Below, in pieces: positions 13,226 to 24,818 of a stretch of 64,000 nt of DNA. The first letter of the stretch is position 1, and each line of letters begins with the position of its first letter. Location of the stretch: assembly GCA_026770705.1 (NCBI GenBank), contig JANJGN010000009.1:138756001-138820000 (forward strand), read 5' to 3'. The DNA is from Isurus oxyrinchus. Taxonomy: Eukaryota. Below the pieces are notes generated by a model that saw nothing but the letters and a program-made list of their open reading frames with translations, was not told the DNA's origin and did not search any database. The position numbers and the translations under genes were made by a program.

Positions 13226-14799
13226 ACGGTTTCAAAGTCTAGTTTCAAGGTTATTTTATATCAGTGTGAATTGGTAACTTTGCATTTCAGGAACATGGGA
13301 AAAGCCCTGCTTTTGGTCAAAAAATTGCTCCTTTGTCAGGGGCCAAGCATTTTGTACATTATAATTAATGAAGATTTGCTACAGTGAATATTAAAAAGAA
13401 AATCTATTCCAGATGACTGTCAATGAAAACATTTATGGGTGAAAGAGGGAATGGGAAAGAGGAAGGTCAATTCTCTACAAGTAACAAAAAAAGACCAATC
13501 CAGAGAGACAAATTGCTTACTCACCAGAATCTACCTTGCTATAGATACCAATAATTTGGTTTAGCAGAGGGTGGCAGATTGGCTTTTGGGCTGTAAACAT
13601 TTTTAAGTGGATTTTTAGGAAAGTTTGGTTGCAACTCGAGGTCAAGCTTCCAATTTGCAGAAGGAGAAATGTATTTCTGATGTTTTGATCTCAATCCTGG
13701 TGGGAATTTTGAGCTCTAAGTGACTCTAGTTGTATATTCCCAAGAAGGTTGGTTCATTTTTTTTTCAGTATTTCACTGGTCTGATTTATTTTAGGAAGCC
13801 ATTATTGTCCTTGCCATAGGTATGTTGTTGGACTTTCTGGAAAATGTAATACTACTTTGTTAAATTGAGTAATGGCACAGAAGTACACTTTAAAAAGATT
13901 TAAAAATAGATTCAATTCCTTGGGACTCAGTTCTGCAATTTTATCTGTTAATGGCTAGGGCAGAATTCTATGTTTACAAGTTAAGGAATAACATTGCAGA
14001 GAAATGGAATGTTTTCACATATCTTGCAACCTGTTTCAACGTGAAACACACTGACAGTCAATAAAAAATCTATGGAAAAGGCCTATCTATACTCGGGCAA
14101 CTATTAGGGGGGTGGGGGGGAGAGATATCATTTGCAACACATATTAAAGGTAGAACTGTATTATTCACAAATACATTTAATATTTAACTTCATTGCTGGC
14201 ACAATAAACATTATTTATTATTTCATGGTATGTGGACATCACCAGAAAGGTTAACATTTATTGCCCATCCTACCTGTTTTTGAGAAAGTGAAGGTGAGCC
14301 ACATTCTTGAACTGCTGAACTGGTGAAGGTACTCCCACATGGCTGGTATATAGGGAGTTCCAGGGTTTTCAGCCAGTAATGAGAAAGTAATGGTGATAAT
14401 TTTCTTAAGTCGGCTGGGGAGCCTATAGCTGAATGTGTTCCCATGCACCTGTTACCCTTGTCCTTCCAGGTGGTATAGGTCACAGGTTTAGGAGGTGCTG
14501 TTAAAAGAGCCTTGCTGAGTTGCTGCACAGCATCTTGTAGATGGTACACACTCCAACCACAATGCACTGGCAGCGGAGGGAGTGAATATTTAATGTGCTA
14601 GATGGGACGCCGATGAAATGGGCTTCTTTGTCCTGGATATTGTTAAGCTTCTTGAGACTTGGTGGAACTATGCTTATCCAGACAAGTGGAAGAATATTCC
14701 ATTATACCCCTGACTTGTGATTTGTGGCTGATGGAAAAACTTTGGGGAGTCATGAGATGAATACCATGCCTTAACCTGCTCTTGTAGTCATTTGTTTAT

Positions 14800-15509
14800 G
14801 GGCAGGATTTTGTCCATGGCGATCCCTCCTCTGCTCAGGCAGGGTACCCCACAGTCATTTCACGCATGGCAGGGCATTAAATGGCTAATGGTAAGACTGT
14901 GCCCCCACCGGGGAGAAAATTTTGCCTCTGAGGGCTGCCAATCAAATAGCAGATGATCTCTGGCCCCAGCATTGCCATCGGGAGTGGTGGCCATTGCTGG
15001 GACTGCATCCAATCCCAACAGCAGGAAGTCATGGAGCCAGACAGGGAGCTAAGTTGGATTGGTGGGTGGGGGTTATGCAGTGGGGCTCGGCTAAGTAACC
15101 CTTGTAAGAGGGGCAAGGGACATGGGGGCTGGAGTGCACAGGCCATGGGGAGGGAAACCTGAGGCGACAAACCTTGTGGGGGCTCCAACAGGCCGAGGGG
15201 GGGGCTATAAAGGAAGAATCCCCCTCCTTTACCACTAATAGCCTGAGGAATGAGACCTGGCAGGATTCAAACATGGCTCCAGCCTCCACCCTCACAGAAA
15301 AAATTGTGACAGAACAATTAATTACACAGTTAAGGGCCTCAATTGGACTAAGAGTGGGTGGGCTACCCAAAACCATCACTGTGGTGTGTAAAATTGGTGG
15401 ATTGTGTACAGAGTGGGTGGGTAGGTGCCAGGAATGGTGCTCATGGCATTACACACCCCACCTCCAAACCACCTACCAATCTGCCTCCAGGGAACATAAA
15501 ACTTTGCCC
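14800..15509. mobile_element. Harbinger-type MITE inserted in LINE
   Basis: TIRs gggcaggatttt / aaaactttgccc; 3-bp TSD tat on both sides; LINE sequence rejoins across it. Confidence 0.85.
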
Positions 15510-17248
15510 TATGTGGCTAGTATAGTTACATTTCTAATTAACAATGAACTCAAGGATATAGATGCTGGGGATCAGATGATGGTAATATGTTTAATGTCCA
15601 GGAGAGCTGTTGGGCCCTCTCTTCTTGGAGATGGTTATTGCTTGCCACCTGAGTGGTGCAGTTGTAGCTTGCCATTTAGCAGCGCAAGCCTGAATGTTGT
15701 CCAGATCTTGTTGCATTGCAGGCATGGACTGGATCATTAAGAAAAGCTGTGAATGGAACTGTCCAATCATCAGCAAACATCTAACTGATGATTTTATGAT
15801 GGAGGTAGGGTCATTGCTGATACAGCTGAAGATGGTTGGATCTAGGCCACTAATCTGAGGAATTCCTACAGTGATTCCTTGGGCTGAGATTATTGGCCTC
15901 CAACAACACAACCATCTTTCCTTTGTGCTAGGTATGACTCCAGCTAGTGGACAGTTTTCACTGATTCAAATTGACTTCAATTTTGCCAGGGCTCCTTGAT
16001 GCCATTCTCATCAAAGATTACTTTGTAGTCAAGGGCAGTCACTCTTACTGTTTGGACCAAGGTCGTAATGAGGTCTGGAACCAGGTGGTCCTAGCAGAAC
16101 TCAAACTGAGCATCAATAAGCAGGTTATTGGTGAGTAAGTACCCATTGATAGCACTGTCAACAACCATATCCATCACTTCGCTCATGATTGAGAGTTGAC
16201 TGATAGTGCAGTAATTGGCTGGATTGGATTTGTCTTGCTTTTTTGTGGACAGGCCATACCTGAGCAATTTTCTACTTTGTTGGATAGATTCCAATACTGT
16301 AGCTGTACTGGAACAGCTTGACTAGCCTACTTGACCTTGTCCTCACCAATTTTACCTGTCACAGATGCAACTGTCCAGGAAAGTATTGCTGAAGTAACCA
16401 CCACACTGTCTTTGTGGATTGAAGTCCACAATGAGATACACTCCGTTGTGCTGTGTGGCACTATCTAACAAAATCATACTTTCCAGCCAAAGTCCCAGAC
16501 ACCCCAGCACCACCTCTACACCAATGGGACAGGGCATTCCTACCTGAGGTGGCAGCACAGTGGTATACAGTCAAGAAGGAGTGGTCCTGCAAGTCCTCAG
16601 CCTTGTTCTGGAGCACAAATCTTTAGCATTACAGCCAGAATGTTATCGGTGCCACTAGGCTTTACTTTCTCCATGCCCTCAGCCATATCTTGATTTCATA
16701 AGAACTGAGTTGGATTAACTGAAGTCTGCCATCCGTGATAGTGAAGATCTCAGGAGGAGGCCAAAATGGATCACCCACTTGGCACTTCTGGCTGAAGATG
16801 GTTGCAAACCTTTCAGCCTTGTCTTTGGCATTGATGCCCAGGGCCCTGCCATCATTGAGGATGGAGATGTTCATGGAGTCTCCTCCTCCTTTCAGTTGTT
16901 TAATTGTCCACCATCATTCACAAGTGGATGTGGCAGGACAGAGCTTTGATTGGAACATTGATCTGATCCATTGGTTATGGAATGGCTTAGCTCTGCCTAT
17001 AAGCATGCTGCTTCCATTTTTAGCATTCATGTAGTCCTGTGTTGTAGCTTTACCAGGTTGACATCTCAATATTCTGTATACTTGGTGGCGTACTTGACAT
17101 GCTGTTCTACGTTCTGCACTGAACCAGGATTAATCTCAGGACTTGATAGTGATGGTAGAGTGGGAGTTTTACCAACCATCAAGTTACAGGTTGTGGTAGA
17201 ATACAATTCTGCTGCTGATAATAGCACACAGCACCTCCTGGATGCCCA

Positions 17249-17874
17249 GGGTTGAATTTTATGTCCCGCGGGCAGGCATGTGCCTGACCTGATTGGGCAT
17301 AAAATCGCAGAAGACGTTGGGCGAGCGTGGGCATGTTCAAAAGTCGGAAGCGTGCCCGCCAACAATTAAGAGGCACAATTGTCTCCAATTTTACATGGCC
17401 CATCCAACCTTACAGTTGGCCGACGAGATAATCAGCCTTTGCAATTTTCATCAAACCTCAACCAAGGGCGTGATGAACTTTCCGTTATGAAATAAAATAA
17501 AAATAAGTATCTATGGGCAGCATCTTGATCAGCTATATTTTCAAGTGATTGATTGTGATGTATGGGCTTTTTTTTCAGCTTTCAAAACTTTCAATTGCTG
17601 ATTTTCAGGTCTGTGGTTCCCTGAGGCAGCCGTCTGCCTTCAGGGACCTTTCTCGCAGCGCTCAGCTGTGCCCACAGTGACATCATCACCCACCCTCTCC
17701 AAGCCCCTACCCTGCAGCACTGAGCATTTCAGCACGCATTTCACACTGGCTGGCCATTAATTTGTCAGCCGGTGCGAAATCAGGGCTGGGGGTCCAATTG
17801 CAGTCAGCAGTCCATTTCCTGACCCCTCCCGGGCCTGCCGATCAGGCACGCCTACCAAAGGTAAACCTCAGGCC
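17249..17874. mobile_element. Harbinger-type MITE (family of 30961 and 47187) inserted in LINE
   Basis: Starts gggttgaatttt; shares internal ccaacctta..gttgg and cctca..gatga motifs with the other copies; LINE rejoins gatgccca/gtttt. Confidence 0.75.
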
Positions 17875-18731
17875 TCAGTTTTAAGCTACTAAATCTGTTC
17901 TCAATGCATCCTGTTTAGCGTGGTGGTAATGTGACGCAACACAACAGAGCATATTTCACTGTGGCCTTCAACCCTTCAAGGCTTCAATATAGTGGTCACT
18001 CCAGCAATACTTTCATGGATAGTTGCATCTGTGACAGGTAAATTGGTGAGGACAAGGTCAAATAGGCTTTTTGCTTGTGTTGGTTGTCTGACAACCTGAC
18101 ACAGGCCCAGTCTAGTAGCTATGCTCTTTAGGCTTGGTTAGTAGTGGTGCTACCAAGACATTCTTGACAATGGACCTTGAAGTTCCAAGTCCAGAGTACA
18201 TTCTGTGCTCTTGTCACCCTCATCATTCCTTTCAAGTGGAGTTCAACATGGATGAGTACTGATTCATCTGCTGAGGGAGGGAGTAGGTGGTAATTAATAG
18301 GATATTTCCTTGCCCATGTTGGACCTGATGCCACGAGACTTTACAAGATCTGAATCAATGTTGAGACTCCCAGGGCTACTCCCTCTTTGTGCTGCTACCT
18401 CTAGTCCTGTCCCACTGACATCACTGGATGGTGATGTGGTGTGTGGGGCATTGGCTGAGAAGTACGATTCTGTGAGTATGATTATGTCAGGCTATTGCAT
18501 GATTAGACTGTGGTACATATTTCCCAATTGTAGCACGCCCCAGATGCTAGTAAAGAGGACTTTGCAAGGTTGACAGAACTGGATGCACCTGAGTCCAGTG
18601 CCTAGGTCAATGTTGATTTGATCTTTAGTATCGCAATCTGTGCCAGTTTTGATACAAATAAGTGGCTTTATAGGCCAGTTGAGAGGGCAGTTTAGAGTCA
18701 ACCACGTTACTGTGAGTCTACAGTCACACAA

Positions 18732-21700
18732 CAGTTAGAGCCTCTTCTCTTCCAGGAATGCCTACCTTGAACAAGTACTGCTCTTCTCTTTGACAGGATT
18801 TGCATTTGTCTCTTTTGCACTGTTCACCTTCATTCCTTTCCATTTCCCTCCTGGTAATTTGACAAGGTATTTACCAAAACTCACTTTCACAGCCATATTT
18901 CCTTTCTCAGCAACTGTCTCCATCTCCGACTTACCCCACATGGATTCCAATTGAAGTTCCACCCTCATGTATTGAATCCACCCAGGATTACAGGTATCTC
19001 CAGGACGTGCAACTTTCCTTGGACTGCTGTTCTTGCCGCATCCTGAGATCTGCACTCAGTGCCATGCGCCACCATATGAACACACTCAACCTCTCCCTCC
19101 AGCAGCATTGACTCACCCAACCTCAAACCTGTCCTTGTCCCCAGTTTCATTTTGTTCATCATCTCATCCGATGCCTTAACAAGAAACCTTTTCTCTTCCT
19201 TTCAGGTGTTAAGGAACACAAGCTCCAACAACTTATTACACCAACGCCCATCCAGGGGCCTCCACCCTTTCCCACCCCTCTGACCCCATCCCTTCTTCTA
19301 ATCCCAGCCCTCGCTGCATATTCATCATACTGTCTAACTTTCCTCTCTCTGATGATGAACATTCCGTACTCAACAAAGGACTCAGTTTCATATCCTTACA
19401 CCCTCACCTCAGTGAATTTCAGGCTTGGCACGATGCTGAACTCTTCTTCTGCTACCTTCGTCTCCGTGCTCACTTCTTTGGGCAGCAGTCCTCCCCACGA
19501 TCCCTGGACCCTTTCACCTGCCTCCAGTATTTTCCCTCCACCTGGACCTCCCTCTTTCTGGCCTCTTACCTGCTCTTGAACTTTTTATTGAGAACTGTCG
19601 GCGTGACATCGGTCGTCTCAATTTCCCTGCTCCTCTCACCCACTCTAATCTGCCTCCTTCTGAACACTGCATTCAATTCTTTTAGGTCCAACCCTGACTT
19701 TGTTATCAAACCTGCTGGCAAGTGTGGTGCTGTTGTTGTCTGGCGTACTGATATCTATCTTGCAGAGGCTAAGTGCCAACCCTCAGACACTTCTTCCTAC
19801 CTCCCCCAGAAAATGACCTCACCTCTGAACCTCTCGGACTGTCACTAATCTCATCTCCTCTGGAGATCTTCCCTCCACAGCTTCCAATCTCATAGTTCCC
19901 CAACCCCGGACAGCCCACTTCTACCTGCTTCCCAAAATCCACAAACAGGACTGTCCTAGTAGACCAATCATGTCAGCCTGTTCCCGCCTTGCAGAGCTAA
20001 TTACTTCCTATCTTGACTCCATTCTCTCTCCCCTGGTCCAGTCTCTTCCCACCTACATCTGCAATTCCTCTGATGCCCTACACCATATGAACAATTCCCA
20101 GTTTCCTGGCCCTAACTACCTACTCTTCACCATGGACATCCAATCCCTCTACACCTCCATCCCCCACCAGGATGGTCTGAGGTCTCTCCGCTTCTTCCCA
20201 GAACAGAGGCCTGAACAATCCCCATCAATTACTACTCTCCTCCATCTGGCTGAACTTGTTTTCTCACTGAACAATTCCTCCTTAAACTTGTCGCACTTCC
20301 TCCAAATACAAGATGTGGCCATGGGTACAGACATGAGCCCCAGTTATGCCTGTCTCTTTATGGGGTATGTGGAACATTCCTTGTTCCAGTCCTAATCAGG
20401 CCTTCTCCCACAATTCTTTTCTTGGTACATTGATGACTGTTTCGGTGTCACTTCATGCTCTCATCTGGACCTGGAAAAAGTTATCAATTTTATTTCCAAC
20501 TTATACCCCTCAATCAACTTCACATGGTCCATCTCCGACACTTCCCTTCCCTTCCTTGGCCTCTCTGTCTGATGATAGACTATCTACCAATATTAATTAC
20601 AAGCCCACCAACTCCCACAGCTACCTCGACTACAGCTCCTCACACCCTGCTTCCTGTAAGGGCTCCATCCCATTCTCTGAGTTTCTTCACTTCCGTCGCA
20701 ACTGTTCCAATGAAGCCTATTTCCAAAACGGCACTTCTGACATGTCTTCCTTCTTCCTTAACTGAGGTTTCCCAACCACTGTAGTTGACACGGCCCTCAA
20801 CCGTGTCCAACCCATCTCCCGCACCTCTGACCTCACACCTTCCCCTCCCTCCCAGAACCATGATAAGGTCCCCCTTGTCCTCACTTTTCACTCCACCAGC
20901 CTCCGCAATCAAAGGATCATCCTCTGCCAACTCCAGCATGATGCCACCACCAAACACATCTTCCCCTCATTCCCCTTGTCATCATTTCATAGGGACAATT
21001 CCCTCAGGGACACCCTGGTCTACTCCTCCATCATTCCCAACACCTCATTCCCTTCCCACGGCACCTCCCCATGAAATCGCAGAAGGTGCAACACCTGCCC
21101 ATTTACCTCCTCCCTCCTGTCTGTCCAAGGGCCCAAACATTCCTTTCAGGGAAGCAGCATTTCCCTTGCACTTCCCTCAATTTAGTCTACTGCATTCGCT
21201 GCTCCCAATGCAGTTTCCTCTACATTGGAGAGACCAAACGCAGACTGGGTGACCGCTTTGCCGAACACCTTCGGTCTGTCCGTAAGTGAGACAAAGACCT
21301 TCCTGTCATTTTCCATTTCAACATACCACCCTGCTCTCATGCCCACATGTCCGTCCTTGGCCTGATGCAATGTTCCAGTGAAGCTCAACCCAAACTGGAG
21401 GAACAGCACCTCATCTTCCGACTAGGCACCTTTCGGCCTTCTGGGCTTAACATTGAGTTCAACAACTTCAGACCATGATCTCTCTCCTCTATCTTCACCT
21501 CTTTTTAAGTCCCTTTTTAAAATTTATTGTTATTTTTATTTTTATTCATTTACTCATTGTTTTATCCCCTTTATGATCCTTTTTTTCTATTCTTTTTCCC
21601 CAATCACTGCCCCCGCCCCCCACCCAAGCCCCAAAAGGGCTATCAGTTACTTGTTCCATGTTGTCCTTTCGCAAAATGCTGACCCTTGTTCTGCTATTCA

Positions 21701-21970
21701 CACATTCTGCCACAAACAGCACCATCTTTAGTCCTTACCTTGACCATTAACACTCCCTTTGTCTTGTGTTCATGACATCTTTGTCAATGTCTCCTTAGCC
21801 CCCACCTATCGCCTACCTTGTATCCAGCCTCACCTGCTCCACCACCCTTAAACACTATAAATTTTATCACATTTCTACTTCTCTTTAGCTCTGAAGAAGA
21901 GTTGTGCAGATTCAAAACATTAACTCTGTTTCTCTCTCCACAGATGTTGTCAGACCTGCTGGGTTTTTCT
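18732..21970 (+). mobile_element. Penelope-like retroelement, near full length, decayed (RT + GIY-YIG endonuclease + pseudo-LTR)
   Basis: VIKPAGKCGAVVVW; ORF 19970-20395 LFTMDIQSLYTSIPHQDGL...AMGTDMSPSYACLFMG; YIDD at about 20425; GIY-YIG ORF 21071-21289 NLVYCIRCSQCSFLYIGETKRRLGDRFAEH. Possible 6-bp TSD acacaa at 18726-18731 and 21971-21976. Confidence 0.93.
21887..21925 (+). ncRNA. Minimal hammerhead ribozyme motif in Penelope pseudo-LTR (degenerate)
   Basis: agct-CTGAAGA-agagttgtgcagattc-aAAAC-att-aact; GAAA and ACGT decayed at CpG positions. Confidence 0.6.
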
Positions 21971-22210
21971 ACACAAAGGTCAGAATGGATACAGACAACA
22001 GATTTCCTCTCCTACAAGTCATCAATGAACCAGTTGAGTTTTTATGACAATCGAGCCATTCCAAGGTCATCATTATTGATTTTAGATTTTTATTTCAGAT
22101 TTATTTAATTAGCTGAATTTAAATTCCCCCAACTTTGAACTTCTATCTCTCAATTATTCATCCATGCCCCTGGGTTACTGGTCCAATAACATAACCACTA
22201 TGCTACCATA
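21971..22210 (-). mobile_element. tRNA-derived head + first part of Deu-domain body, contiguous with the LINE at 18731 once Penelope is removed
   Basis: Minus strand tatggtagcatagtggttatgttattggaccagtaaccc...aataaatctgaaataaaa...aggaaatctg; homologous to the SINEs at 26012 and 41097. Confidence 0.8.
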
Positions 22211-22708
22211 TGGTCTGTTCTAACATAGCTAATTCCTTACCCTTTTATGTTTCAATTGAATTTTAATATTTCAGTTAAGATAGAGCTTTAAGTTGTACCA
22301 TATATGACAGGTTTACAAGATTGAGTTACCAATTCCAAGAATTGGTCAGTACAGAACATTTCAGGAATAAAGAGCATTATATAAACAGTCCCATACCTTT
22401 TCCTCTTGATCCAGCATACAACACATCCTGTGTTAAGCCTAGTGACATTTAACTGAGGTAACTGAGTAGAGAGTTGGAAGAAACATCAGGTTATTCTATC
22501 TTTGTGTGACAAGCCTTGAATATATTGTGAAGCAAATATTAGAAAATCAATTCAGTCAGACTGCCTCCAATAAACTTTGCTTGTGTACCCTCTCTCCAAG
22601 AAATGTTAATGCTTGAATTTGATTCTACCGATTATTGATTTATCCCCAAAACCAGGGAAGCTACATTACAGACCTCCTTACTCACACAGCTACCTATTAT
22701 CAGTCTCT

Positions 22709-23158
22709 AAACAAAAACAGAATTACCTGGAAAAACTCAGCAGGTCTGGCAGCATCGGCGGAGAAGAAAAGAGTTGACATTTCAAGTCCTCATGACCCTT
22801 CAGCAGAACTAGGTGAATCCAAGGAGAGGGGTGATATATAAGCTGGTTTAAGGTGGAGGGGGGGCGGGGTTGGGTGGGGGATAGAAGTGGAGGGGGGTGG
22901 TGTGGTTGATGTAAGGTCTCCATCCCATTCTCTGAGTTTCTTCACTTCCGTCGCCCCTCCACTTCTCTCCCCACTCCACCACCTTAAACCAGCTTATATT
23001 TCACCCCTGTCCTTGGATTCACCCAGTTCTGCTGAAAGGTCATGAGGACTTGAAACGTCAAATCATTTTTTCTCCGCCAATGCTGCCCGACCTGCTGAGT
23101 TTTTCCAGGTAATTCTGTTTTTGTTTTGGATTTCCAGCATCTGCAGTTTTTTTATTTT
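22709..23158. mobile_element. Fold-back (inverted pseudo-LTR) Penelope derivative with 14-bp TSD
   Basis: Arms about 22709-22895 and 22955-23127 are reverse complements. TSD tattatcagtctct at 22695-22708 and 23159-23172. A hammerhead-like motif lies in each arm. Confidence 0.9.
23025..23063 (+). ncRNA. Hammerhead-like motif with variant core
   Basis: agtt-CTGCTGA-aaggtcatgaggactt-GAAAC-GTC-aaat; mirror copy on minus at about 22772-22810. Confidence 0.55.
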
Positions 23159-23201
23159 TATTATCAGTCTCTGCTCAGTTTCACCTCTATCAATTCCCCC
23201 G

Positions 23202-23870
23202 TAGAAACATAGGAAGAGGAGTAAGTCACTCAGCCCTTCAAGTCTGTTCCGCTGTTCAGTTCAACATGGCTGATCTGTGGCTTACATGCATCCTTCTATT
23301 GGTTTTGTAACTATTAATACCCTCCTCTTCTTCCTTCATGTAGCACGCCCTAAGAGGCGACCATGGACTTCCATTGGATTGATCCATAATTATGCTTGGC
23401 AAAGTACTGTAGTAGTTTGCCATTGCCTATAGCTGTATGGCTGACCGGGAACCTCTCCTGCTCTTACCATCTGCCATCAGGCATATTGGAAGGATTTATA
23501 GGCTGCTAATCAATCTGTTTGGCTACGTTATGAATGTACGGCTATGTTATGAATGTACCTTCCATGGTCATCAAATCCGGAAATGGGACTTGAACCTGGA
23601 GCTTCTGACACAGAGGTAGGAATACTACCCACTTCCCACAACACCTGCTTTAATACCCTAGCCCAACAAAATTCTATCAATTTCAGTTTTGCCATTTTCA
23701 CCAGTTTTTTATAGGTGGGTGATGGGAAGTGGGAAAGTGGGAAGTGGGTGGGGGAGGAGAGTTCCAAATTTCCACTGCCCTTCATGTGAAGAAGTGTTCT
23801 TTGACATCACCCTTGATTGGCCTAGCTCTAACTGTAATATTATGCCCTCTTGTTCTGCACACTCAAAATA
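23202..23870 (-). mobile_element. CR1 3' fragment, interrupted by a SINE
   Basis: tagaaacataggaagaggagtaagtcactcagcccttcaag... resumes after 23650 with gagagttccaaatttccactgcccttcatgtgaagaagtg. Confidence 0.75.
23324..23649 (-). mobile_element. tRNA-derived SINE with RTE-like tail, 10-bp TSD
   Basis: A-box-like tgtgggaagtgg and B-box ggttcaagtcc at the 5' end; gcaatggcaaactactacagtactttgcc (RTE/Bov-A-like motif); gaa-rich end; TSD ttaataccct at 23314-23323 and 23650-23659. Confidence 0.75.
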
Positions 23871-24818
23871 TTTATTACTCCCCTGTCCCCGCTGTTCTTA
23901 GTCCTCCATCTCACAGGTAGTCAAGTTTGCTCTCATTGATTATTGTCAGTAGGCTTGAGTGTTCTCGGGTATCTCCGAGGCATCTTTACTTCTGCTTTTG
24001 ACCAATGTGCATGAAACCGCTGCTGTTTAAGGTGGGTTCACGTTTCTTCATTAAAATTTGTGTTGCAGGTTCCTACTTTTATAAATGATAACTGGCATCG
24101 CCATCTTACATCATTACCACCCAAATGCTGATCTCTCAAATCACTAAAAAAAGACTTGCTTAGTTGGTAAATAAATACCATTTTCCACCACATTAGTCAA
24201 CAATAAATATTCTACCAATGTCCCCTGTTATGCAGACAATGTTCCTAGGACTGACCACCAACAATTAAACAACACCGAGTAACCTTGGAAACATACCATG
24301 ATCCTTAGCTCAGCATTGCAGGTACAAAGCAGCAACATATGGGAAATGACTGAATTTGCTATCTGTATATAAAACAAAAATTCTGTTAAACAGAACATAC
24401 ATGATCACTCTAAATATTATTTATCACAAACATTAAAAACGACTTATTGGTGTAAATAATACCAAAAGCTCAATATTGCACTTGGGGGCTGGGGTTGGGG
24501 GATTGTTTGGAGGGTAGATGGTGGGAAGGGGGGAGGGGTGGAATTTCAGCTCTCAACGATGAATGAATTTCAAACTCAAACACAATCTCCCTCAGACCCT
24601 CCCATTTCGGGTTTTAGTGGAGACGAGTTGGAGGATGAGATTAGGAATGAATAATCTGCTCTCAGGAGCTGTTTGATCAGGAAAAGCATTCTATTTTAAC
24701 AGCATTAAACTTGGCAGGTAAGAGACAAGAACAGCTGTGTTCATCATGTAAGTGCATTTCCAGCACTTATTGTGGGATATTACCAGCAGGGGTGTTTCCC
24801 CTGCTCCAAGAAGATTAC

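Larger units (their letters stand above)
14222..18731 (-). mobile_element. CR1-clade LINE (Deu-SINE partner family), near-complete ORF2, decayed; its 5' head continues at 21971-22210
   Basis: 3' tail at 14222 shared with the SINE at 41097. RT pieces MQQDLDNIQACAAKWQ and DKSNPANYCTISQLSIMSEVM...DAQFEF. APE start near 18480-18580 (...PDIIILTESY). Interrupted by two MITEs and a Penelope element. Confidence 0.85.

Noticed and set aside
15174-15740. 188-aa plus-strand ORF
   Set aside because: Crosses a MITE/LINE-antisense junction; chance open frame
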